Program-made: the position numbers and the translations under genes
Notes under the pieces: generated by a model
What the model was told of the DNA's origin: nothing
Database searches by the model: none
Seen by the model: the letters and a program-made list of their open reading frames with translations, nothing else
Source of the DNA: a bacterium
Lineage (GTDB): Bacteria; Electryoneota; Electryoneia; Electryoneales; Electryoneaceae
Assembly: GCA_963675295.2 (NCBI GenBank)
Contig: CAXXKJ010000002.1
Location: 3,360,001-3,424,000, forward strand
DNA: 64,000 nt
Reading direction: 5' to 3'
Shown here: piece by piece, positions 1 through 8,253 of the stretch
Position numbering within the stretch: the first letter of the stretch is position 1
How the letters are laid out: the number at the start of each line of letters is the position of its first letter

Positions 1-2113
1 GCGATCCTTCGAAACCCCAGCGGGAAAGCATTAAGCCTGAAATCAACTGAACGAATTCTGGAAGCTCTTTCAAACGAACAATCATTCCAGCGAGTACCAC
101 CTGTGGAATAAGTACTACCGGTACAAGTGCAAGTGCAGAATTTTCTGAGGATGCAAGGGACGATATCATCAATCCAAGTGCAGTTCCTGTGAAGCAGACG
201 GCAAACAGCATCAGGAAATGAGAAAACCATCCACCGGAGAAGTCAAGAACAGGAAAGACAAAAGCTAGGAGAACTCCTACCTGTAGAGCATCAATGACAG
301 CAAGTACCACTAGTTTGGAGAGCAGGTAATTGCTGGTCAGAAGGAAAACACCCCGCTCTCGACGAAAAATTGCTCGTTCCTGTACAATCTCCCTGGCTGC
401 GTTGGACGCTCCCAACCAGATCGCGGCAATGTTCAGCAGGAAGAGAGGTGTCGCAATGGGATAGGGTTGTTCTGCTGAAGAGTGTGTATCATAGAAAACA
501 GCCGCAATAAGAGCGCCTATGATCGGCGCCTGGAGAAGAAGAATTAATGTTTGCAAACGATCGCGAAGCTTGATCTCTCCGTATCTCGCGATAAGATGTG
601 TCAGCTGTGATAATCCGTGAACTGGTCTTGGCTCAGGATTTGTCGGCGATGTCCAGTTCTTACTGTGTTGACGTTTAGCCACGTAACTGTCGTGGAAACT
701 GGATTGCTGATAAGTTTCTGCCCACTGGGTTGCGTTTCGTGTTTGCAACTTTGAAAAGATATCTTCCGGTGAATCAACTTCGAAGTATTCGGCAGCCTTG
801 CTAGCAGGTCCAAAATACGCCAGATACCCGCTTTCAGTAAGCACAACTAACATGTCCAGCATTTCAAAATTACGCTTGGAGATGTTGTGCGTAGTCAGAA
901 AAACCGTTTTTCCGCGGCGGGTCAATGACCTGAGCATAGTCATGACTTCCTTGTCACTCTGCGGATCGAGACCGCTGCAAGGTTCATCAAGAAAAAGCAC
1001 TGATGGCTGGGTGATCAATTCCTGGGCGCTGTTTACACGTTTTCGTTGACCACCCGAAATCCCTTTCTTTACAGGGCTACCTATCTCCGTGTCACGAATT
1101 GCCTCGAGTCCAAGGTCATGGATGACACGGTTTACTTCACGGCGACGCTCATCCACGTTCAGTTCCGGTAACCGCAAAGCGGCATTGTGGTTCAGGGAGG
1201 ATTCCACTGTTAACTCTGGATGGATGATATCATCCTGGGGCACATAACCGATGAATCCACGGAAACGGGCACTTTCCTTGTGTAGGTTGATTGCATTGAT
1301 GTGTACAGAACCGTAAGCTGGGCGAAGATAACCATTCATTGCCATCATCAAGGTGGTCTTTCCGGATCCGCTCGGTCCGATCAACCCAACAAACTCACCT
1401 GGATTCAACACCACTGAAATGTCATACAGAAGTGTCTTCTCGCCACCTCGCACTGGTACTTTCACGGACAGCTTGCTGACCTCGATGCGAGCTTCTCCTT
1501 CAGCAGCTTCCTCTTCAACAATCTCCTTTTGCCTCGGGAATAATACAACCGGGAGGCCTGCAATTAGGACCCGATTGTTTTCATCAATAATGCGTCGAGA
1601 TATACGTTCGCCATCTACAAACGTACCATTGCTACTTCCTAAGTCTTCCAGCCACCATGCGTTTTCCTTTTCGCCCTTGAGCTGGGCGTGATAGCGAGAT
1701 ACACGTGGGTGGGAAATGACAAAATCGTTGTCTGCGGATCGTCCTATAGTGAGTGTGGTTTTCTTTTCTTCTTTGATGATGAACGTCCAGGCACCAGTAA
1801 TTCCGGTGCGATGGCTAGATTCCAAGTCACTGTCAGCCACTTCTGCATCAAGTGGCTGGTTCACCCAATGTGACAGTAGATCGTTTGACCAATCAAGTTC
1901 AACGGATACTGAGATCCGAACAGGATCCCCGATACGTATCTGTTTTCTATTGATTCGTTCCTGCCCGACATATGTACCGTTGGAAGAGTTCAGATCTTCG
2001 AGCCACAAACCATCGAGAGTTTTCGTGATGCGGGCATGGTGGCTTGAAACGTGTGGATCTGTAAGTACCAGATCGTTATCTGAAGAACGTCCAATTGTGA
2101 ACACCTTCTGCAT
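1..2113 (-). CDS. FHA-FHA-ABC ATPase-permease fusion exporter (Rv1747/ABCG-like), truncated by the window edge
   Basis: Absent from the ORF track because it runs off the left end. Segments translated by hand from ATG 2113: two FHA domains (TIGRSSDND..VSSHHA..DLNSSNGTYV; TIGRSADND..VSRYHA..DLGSSNGTF), Walker A GPSGSGKTT, signature ISGGQRKRV, Walker B LFLDEPCSGLD, permease motif WLGASNAAREIVQERAIFRRE. Confidence 0.88.
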   Translation of the reverse strand, partial: MQKVFTIGRSSDNDLVLTDPHVSSHHARITKTLDGLWLEDLNSSNGTYVGQERINRKQIRIGDPVRISVSVELDWSNDLLSHWVNQPLDAEVADSDLESSHRTGITGAWTFIIKEEKKTTLTIGRSADNDFVISHPRVSRYHAQLKGEKENAWWLEDLGSSNGTFVDGERISRRIIDENNRVLIAGLPVVLFPRQKEIVEEEAAEGEARIEVSKLSVKVPVRGGEKTLLYDISVVLNPGEFVGLIGPSGSGKTTLMMAMNGYLRPAYGSVHINAINLHKESARFRGFIGYVPQDDIIHPELTVESSLNHNAALRLPELNVDERRREVNRVIHDLGLEAIRDTEIGSPVKKGISGGQRKRVNSAQELITQPSVLFLDEPCSGLDPQSDKEVMTMLRSLTRRGKTVFLTTHNISKRNFEMLDMLVVLTESGYLAYFGPASKAAEYFEVDSPEDIFSKLQTRNATQWAETYQQSSFHDSYVAKRQHSKNWTSPTNPEPRPVHGLSQLTHLIARYGEIKLRDRLQTLILLLQAPIIGALIAAVFYDTHSSAEQPYPIATPLFLLNIAAIWLGASNAAREIVQERAIFRRERGVFLLTSNYLLSKLVVLAVIDALQVGVLLAFVFPVLDFSGGWFSHFLMLFAVCFTGTALGLMISSLASSENSALALVPVVLIPQVVLAGMIVRLKELPEFVQLISGLMLSRWGFEGS

Positions 2114-2121
2114 GCTGCTCC

Positions 2122-3006
2122 TCAGTAGCGTACGATTTCACCCCTGTCCTCGACGGGAACAGTAATCTTCAATTCACGGAACACAAGGTGTGCGGTACCC
2201 TCCACCCGCCACTCCCAGCCACGGTTTAGCACTCCGGATATGACGGACGAGCCCAGTTTCAACGAACCCACGCGCAGCTTCAGATCAGTATGGATTGGGC
2301 TTAGTGGGACAAGATGCAGCATTTCATGGGAGTGGATTTCACCAGTCATTGAATCGTTAATGAAAAGATCCAGATCCAGTGAATCGACGGTCAGGTCAGC
2401 GTCAAAAGGATTGATAAATCCAATCCTGACCGTCAATTCCTGTTCCTGCACTCCAAGTTTCCGTAGCCCGACCCGTTCTATTTCAATACCAGCTCGATCC
2501 ACTTGTTCACTGGCCCAGTCTCGTACCATCTGCTTAAACGGCAAGATCACGTCGAGCTCAAACTCTTGTTCAAGCTGGCCTATACCAGTACTCAACTCCA
2601 GCTTTACTGGTGCGGTGACGTTTACTGAATCCGCGCCAAGGACTGCCCGTTCCCAAACAGGCAGGTAGCTGTCGCGCAGAACCAGCGGAAGCGTTAAACG
2701 TATCGTATCGCGAGCTGCGATCTCTGTGTAACCAGTCCAGGTTCCTTTGCCGGCGAGTTCACCATCCAACAGCACGTCGTAATAAGCGCGTTCCAACGTA
2801 GCGCCAACACGATTGGGATTGTATAGAGCAATGCTGACCGCAAGAGAGGTTGAATCTTCGCCTATGGCATCTACTTCTACACGTTCGATTCCAGCGAACT
2901 GTGGTGGTTTGATCACACTGCAGGAGATCATTGTGACTGCCAATAAAACCCCTGCGAGGTTTTGAAACATTACTCCATTCTTAGTTGTCACCTCGCGCTG
3001 CTTCAT
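2122..3006 (-). CDS. LEA_2/WHy-domain lipoprotein (two domains)
   Basis: Lipobox-like MISC; two copies of an 'NPN/NPF..L.(L/V)..(Y/L)D(V/L).(L/I)(D/N)' pattern typical of LEA_2. Confidence 0.7.
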   Translation of the reverse strand: MKQREVTTKNGVMFQNLAGVLLAVTMISCSVIKPPQFAGIERVEVDAIGEDSTSLAVSIALYNPNRVGATLERAYYDVLLDGELAGKGTWTGYTEIAARDTIRLTLPLVLRDSYLPVWERAVLGADSVNVTAPVKLELSTGIGQLEQEFELDVILPFKQMVRDWASEQVDRAGIEIERVGLRKLGVQEQELTVRIGFINPFDADLTVDSLDLDLFINDSMTGEIHSHEMLHLVPLSPIHTDLKLRVGSLKLGSSVISGVLNRGWEWRVEGTAHLVFRELKITVPVEDRGEIVRY

Positions 3007-3809
3007 TTGAGACGCTCCAGCGCTTCTTCGGCGGCAGCGTGCCGCTCACGGAAATAAGGATGGCTGGTCAGGTAGCTATCCATCCTTCGTAGAATGGCAT
3101 CAATCTCATCGGTGGGTTCGTCATAGATGCCTTGTTCTTTTTCTATGTCAATCATCTTGTCCATGAATCTCAGCATGCCTTCTGGATCATATCCGGCCTC
3201 GTGCATCAACCGCATGCCTACTGTATCCGCCTCAATTTCCTGGTCCCTGGAAAATGGGTACGTCACAACAGAGTACCCGATTTGCGTCAGCACACCTGCC
3301 TCGATACCCGCAATACGCTCTGCTGCTGCCGCATGCTGAATTCGATGCACACAATGTTTTTGGTCCACATGCGTCATTTCGTGCGCGATCACAGCTGCAA
3401 GTTCATCCTCGTCAAGTTCTAAATCTAACAACCCGGTGTATATCCAGACCCATCCACCGGCCGAAGCAAAAGCGTTGGTAGTGCTGTCCTCCTCAACCAG
3501 TTGAAATGAATAAGGTCGTAATGAACCTCGTTGCAGTACTGCTTCCAGGCGAGAACCAATTGATTGGATACGTCTCTCCCGCTTGCCATGCAGTAGGGTG
3601 AGGTCACTATTGATCTGTTCCGCTATCCGCTCGCCGAGCTCTTTCTCCTCGTCATCTGTCATATTTGTCGCAGGACGGAGCGTCGAGTCAGCAGCTTGGA
3701 CAATTGTCTTCGCAGTGTTAAACAGATCATCTAAGAGTTGGGCTTTTACTGGCTGCATGATCAACAGAATAAGTGCAGCGAAAAACACTACTAATCTAAA
3801 TATCCGCAC
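3003..3809 (-). CDS. M48 family Zn metalloprotease, exported
   Basis: Signal peptide; NAFASAGG, ELAAVIAHEMTH (HExxH), SRDQEIEAD, AGYDP, TSHP motifs. Confidence 0.9.
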   Translation of the reverse strand: MRIFRLVVFFAALILLIMQPVKAQLLDDLFNTAKTIVQAADSTLRPATNMTDDEEKELGERIAEQINSDLTLLHGKRERRIQSIGSRLEAVLQRGSLRPYSFQLVEEDSTTNAFASAGGWVWIYTGLLDLELDEDELAAVIAHEMTHVDQKHCVHRIQHAAAAERIAGIEAGVLTQIGYSVVTYPFSRDQEIEADTVGMRLMHEAGYDPEGMLRFMDKMIDIEKEQGIYDEPTDEIDAILRRMDSYLTSHPYFRERHAAAEEALERLK

Positions 3810-3826
3810 TTCGACCTCCAGTTAAA

Positions 3827-5155
3827 CTATTGTTGTGAACAAAAACCGATTATTATACTTATAAAAGTAAATAGTAAAATTATTACAAATATTGCCGTTG
3901 CTCTACCATCAATATCCTTTTCCCTATCAACATTAAGATGGTCTCGTGCTGGAGGAAACTTCAAACTTACTGAGTGATTTAGATATTCTTTTGCTAATTC
4001 TCTTTCTTCTTGCGCCTCAAGTAGTCTTCCATACAAATAGGATGCCTGTTGTCCTCGTACTTTCAATAGCTTATGCACACCATTCATTATTTCCTTTTCA
4101 CTCTTATCTAGTAGCTGGCGACAAGGTTCTATAACATATTCTTTACTGAAATATTGTCTGTATTCTCCATTTTCCATTTCATCCACTAGTTCTCTTAGTC
4201 TTAACTGTACGGCATTTTCATATTCCTTTTGTTGACTCTCAAGAAGTGGTTCGGGCAGGTTACTACCTGAAAAACTGCTTTCATGAGCCGCTTCCTGGTA
4301 CGAAATAGTTTCTGATAAATCAGTGTCACTCAACAACTTGAAAAGTACGTCACAGTTTTGAATCCGTTGATCCAAATCGCGGGCTAGTGCATGATGGAGA
4401 ATCTCGACCAAAGATTCCGGGATATACGGATAAAACTCCCGTGGGTCAGGGATTGGATCTTCGAGGCAGGATTTCATGAACACAAACTCAGAGGTCTCGT
4501 CCTCATCGAAAGGCGCCCGTCCAGCGAGCATCACGTAAAGTGTCATACCGAGCGCGTAGATGTCAGCCCGATGATCGACCTGCTTACCGAGAATTTGTTC
4601 GGGTGCCATGTAAACTGGTGTGCCGAGGATGGTTCCTGTGCGCGTCAGCTTTGACTGGCCAGCTACCTTTGCGATCCCGAAATCGGTGACCTTAACAACG
4701 TTGTCCGTGGTGACGAGGACATTGGACGGCTTCAGATCACGATGCACCACGCCCTTGGCGTGTGCGTAATTGACTGCCTGCAGAAGCTGATTAAAAAGTC
4801 GGAGCGCTCGTTCGTGGGGGATCGGACCAACCTCTCGTCCGATCATTTGCTCGAGGTTACGACCCTCGACGTACTCCATAACCAACGCGATACCACCTTC
4901 AAACTGAATGAAATCGTGCACTTGGACGATATTCGGGTGGGTAAGTCTGGCCATGGTTTTGGCTTCACGAGCCATTCGTTCGCGCAACTCTGCAGCTCGC
5001 GCCGGCTGGTCAACCATAACTTTGAGGGCTGTCGGACGATCCAGCACCTCATGCTCAGCCAGATAGACCACACCCATTCCACCCCGTCCCAATTCTCGAA
5101 TTACTTTATAATTCGGAATGATCGGTAGCGGTATCTTGACTGCTTGTTTATCCAT
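3827..5155 (-). CDS. Ser/Thr protein kinase with TPR/Sel1-like helical tail and C-terminal TM helix
   Basis: GRGGMG, ALK, HRDLKPSN, DFG, YMAPE; hydrophobic C-terminus. Confidence 0.92.
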   Translation of the reverse strand: MDKQAVKIPLPIIPNYKVIRELGRGGMGVVYLAEHEVLDRPTALKVMVDQPARAAELRERMAREAKTMARLTHPNIVQVHDFIQFEGGIALVMEYVEGRNLEQMIGREVGPIPHERALRLFNQLLQAVNYAHAKGVVHRDLKPSNVLVTTDNVVKVTDFGIAKVAGQSKLTRTGTILGTPVYMAPEQILGKQVDHRADIYALGMTLYVMLAGRAPFDEDETSEFVFMKSCLEDPIPDPREFYPYIPESLVEILHHALARDLDQRIQNCDVLFKLLSDTDLSETISYQEAAHESSFSGSNLPEPLLESQQKEYENAVQLRLRELVDEMENGEYRQYFSKEYVIEPCRQLLDKSEKEIMNGVHKLLKVRGQQASYLYGRLLEAQEERELAKEYLNHSVSLKFPPARDHLNVDREKDIDGRATAIFVIILLFTFISIIIGFCSQQ

Positions 5156-5174
5156 CTATGTTACTCTGCATGAG

Positions 5175-6758
5175 TCAATCCAGTTTGGATTTACGTATAA
5201 GCCTAAAACCAACGTAAGGAAAATGAAAGCCTGGATAGAATTTTATTCTTGCCGCTGGCGAACATATTGCATGCCCATGCATATATGACCCTCCTCTCAC
5301 AGCCTTCACTCTGGATTTATCAGATCTAGCTTTCTTATCATCACCTTCTATCAATAGTTCATACCTCTTGTACCAATTATCACACCATTCCGCTACATTA
5401 CCTAACATATCATAAAGGCCCCATGGGTTAGGCTTTTTTGTACCAACATTATGTATTTTATTATCGCTGTTTGATTCATACCATGCATATAGATCCAATT
5501 TATCTTCTCTATCACCCCACCAATATCTTTGGTGATCTTTAGAAGCACGACATGCATACTCCCACTGAATTTCAGTTGGCAATGAATAGTAATATTCATC
5601 ATCTTCTAAATTAAGTTTATTTATAAAATCAATAATATCAAACCAAGTCACTTTTACAACAGGATAATCCTCATGATATATCTGTTCCTTATTTTTAGAA
5701 TTAAATGAATACCACATTTTATTAGTAACCAGTGTATTCATAATTTCAAATGCTGATACATAGGTTTCGTGACGAGGTTTTTCTGATTCTAAAGCATATT
5801 GATCTTCATCTGAGGAACCCATCATAAATTTTCCACCAGGTAGTGTAACGAAATTCATGTTCTCTAGTGGGCCCTCTTTCGTCACAAACCTATTATTACT
5901 GCTTACAGATATCAGATTATTCTTTTTTTCGGTTCTATCAATAATATTTACTAGATTATCACAGCTTTCGATCCTTGTTTCTATATTCCTATCTATTGTA
6001 GAGTAAATAATATCGACCATACGTTGAGGTATGTGCGGATAAAACTCTCTTGGATCGCGTATTGGATCCTCAAGACATGATTTCATTATCAGAAACTCGG
6101 ACGTTTCCTCATCATCGAATGGGGGTCTTCCAGCCAGCATCACATACAAAGTCATCCCCAACGCATAAATATCAGCCCGGTGATCGACCTCTTTCGCAAG
6201 AATCTGTTCTGGTGCCATGTAGATAGGCGAGCCAAGAACGGTTCCGGTTCGAGTCAGTTTTGAATCACCTACGGCTTTAGCAATACCGAAATCCGTCACC
6301 TTCACCCGGCCATCCTTGGCAACGAGGATGTTCGCCGGCTTAAGGTCCCTGTGTACTATGCCTTTCTCATGGGCGGCACCCACTGCACCAAGAATCTGCC
6401 TGAAAAGAGGCAACGCACGTTCATGGGGAATTGGGCCAACCTCTCGGCCAATCATCTCCTCCAGGGTACGGCCTTCCACGTATTCCATCACCAAGGCAAC
6501 ATTTTTACCATGATCGACTAGGTCAAAGATCCGAACGATGTTTTCGTGGTCGAGTGTCGCCATGACCCGTGCTTCGCGAAGAAAACGTTCGCGAATGGTC
6601 GCATCCCTCGCATACTGCTCGAGCATGAACTTGATGGCGACCTTACGCTGCAAAACCTCGTGTTCTGCCAGGTACACCACACCCATACCACCCCGACCGA
6701 TTTCCCTGATCAGGCGGTAATTCGGGATCACTGGGTACTGTCCATCAACCTCTATCAC
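5175..6758 (-). CDS. Ser/Thr protein kinase fused to FGE-sulfatase (SUMF1, C-type lectin fold) domain
   Basis: Kinase motifs, then FMMGS, LPTEIQWEYACRA, KPNPWGLYDMLGNVAEW, RGGS, GFRL. Confidence 0.92.
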   Translation of the reverse strand: MIEVDGQYPVIPNYRLIREIGRGGMGVVYLAEHEVLQRKVAIKFMLEQYARDATIRERFLREARVMATLDHENIVRIFDLVDHGKNVALVMEYVEGRTLEEMIGREVGPIPHERALPLFRQILGAVGAAHEKGIVHRDLKPANILVAKDGRVKVTDFGIAKAVGDSKLTRTGTVLGSPIYMAPEQILAKEVDHRADIYALGMTLYVMLAGRPPFDDEETSEFLIMKSCLEDPIRDPREFYPHIPQRMVDIIYSTIDRNIETRIESCDNLVNIIDRTEKKNNLISVSSNNRFVTKEGPLENMNFVTLPGGKFMMGSSDEDQYALESEKPRHETYVSAFEIMNTLVTNKMWYSFNSKNKEQIYHEDYPVVKVTWFDIIDFINKLNLEDDEYYYSLPTEIQWEYACRASKDHQRYWWGDREDKLDLYAWYESNSDNKIHNVGTKKPNPWGLYDMLGNVAEWCDNWYKRYELLIEGDDKKARSDKSRVKAVRGGSYMHGHAICSPAARIKFYPGFHFPYVGFRLIRKSKLD

Positions 6759-6838
6759 TCTTACTCACTTTCAAACGGTTTCAGGAAACTCAAATACCGA
6801 GACAACGTTTGATGCTGAAGGATATAGGGCAAACGTTG

Positions 6839-8179
6839 TCAAACACCACTAATTATTATTGCTAGTATAACAAGAATAACAATAGCTATAGTTATATACA
6901 TAATCTTGCTTTCTTCGGTGAAGACAAATTTTGCTTTTATATACTCTCTTGCATGACTAAACCCATCACTATACGAAATTTTATAATATTTTTGTGCTTG
7001 ATTTGGTAATCCTAACTTTTCCAATATTCTTGCTCTTAACCAAATGAATTCAGCGTCGCCTTCATTAATTTTATTGTCTATCTCTATAACTAAATCTAAA
7101 TATTCAAATGTTAACATAAAGTCAATTTCATTCATAAACTTTTGAGAAAATACGGCGGGATTCGCACTATGTATTTCATTATGTATTATATCTAATATCT
7201 CTCTGTAGACACTAAATCCACTATGATATTTTGTAGATTGCTTTGGAAATTGGTTTTTAAGTGATGTTCCTTTAGTCTTGCTATTTGATTTCTCCACGAT
7301 TAAATTCGAGTTGTCATCATATTCGTTATCTGGCTTATCAAGCATTATAGATATTCTATCACAATCACCATACCTTTTTCCTCTGTCTCTTTCCAACATT
7401 TTCATTGTTATTTTTACTAAACCTTTAGGTATATAGGGATAAAAATCGCGAGGATCAGGAATCGGATCCTCCAAACAGGCCTTCATGAAGGCAAATTCAG
7501 ATAGATCCTCATCATCAAATGGAGGCCTTCCAGCCAGCATCACGTAGAGCGTCATCCCCAGGGAGTAGATATCCGCCCGGTGATCGACTGCCCTACCGAG
7601 GATCTGTTCAGGTGGCATGTAGACCGGCGTTCCCAGCATGGTTCCGGTACGAGTCAGCTTGGACTGCCCAGCCACCTTAGCTATTCCAAAATCCGTCACC
7701 TTGATTTGATTGTCCTTTGTCACCAGGACATTGGATGGTTTCAGATCTCTGTGCACTATACCCCGCTTGTGAGCGTAGGTCACAGCGCCGAGGAGTTGTC
7801 TGAAAAGCGGCAGTGCACGTTCATACGGTATTGGCCCAACCTCTCTCCCGATCATCTGTTCAAGGTCGCGTCCCTCAACATATTCCAGCACGAGCGCGAT
7901 TCCGCCGGGGAACTGAAGATGATCCAGCACTTTTACGATATTCGGATGGTCCAGCTCTGACATCGTGCGAGCTTCACGAGCCATGCGTTCGCGAAGCTCG
8001 GAGTTCTTCGCAAACTGATCCAACATCACTTTGAGGGCGATCTGACGGTTCAGCACTTCGTGCTCCGCCAGATATACCGCCCCCATACCACCTCGGCCGA
8101 TTTCCCTGAGGATCCGATAATTCGGCACAATCGGCAGTGGGATTTGGATATCACCTTTCTGAGTTTGAGATTTGCTCAC
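6839..8179 (-). CDS. Ser/Thr protein kinase with TPR/Sel1-like tail and C-terminal TM helix
   Basis: Kinase motifs (YMPPE in place of APE); tail resembles that of 3827..5155. Confidence 0.92.
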   Translation of the reverse strand: MSKSQTQKGDIQIPLPIVPNYRILREIGRGGMGAVYLAEHEVLNRQIALKVMLDQFAKNSELRERMAREARTMSELDHPNIVKVLDHLQFPGGIALVLEYVEGRDLEQMIGREVGPIPYERALPLFRQLLGAVTYAHKRGIVHRDLKPSNVLVTKDNQIKVTDFGIAKVAGQSKLTRTGTMLGTPVYMPPEQILGRAVDHRADIYSLGMTLYVMLAGRPPFDDEDLSEFAFMKACLEDPIPDPRDFYPYIPKGLVKITMKMLERDRGKRYGDCDRISIMLDKPDNEYDDNSNLIVEKSNSKTKGTSLKNQFPKQSTKYHSGFSVYREILDIIHNEIHSANPAVFSQKFMNEIDFMLTFEYLDLVIEIDNKINEGDAEFIWLRARILEKLGLPNQAQKYYKISYSDGFSHAREYIKAKFVFTEESKIMYITIAIVILVILAIIISGV

Positions 8180-8253
8180 TTCAGATTCCTTTAGTATCCA
8201 TCCATCAAAGATTCAGCTGACCCGTCTTTGCTTACGTGGGTGAAAGCTATGGA

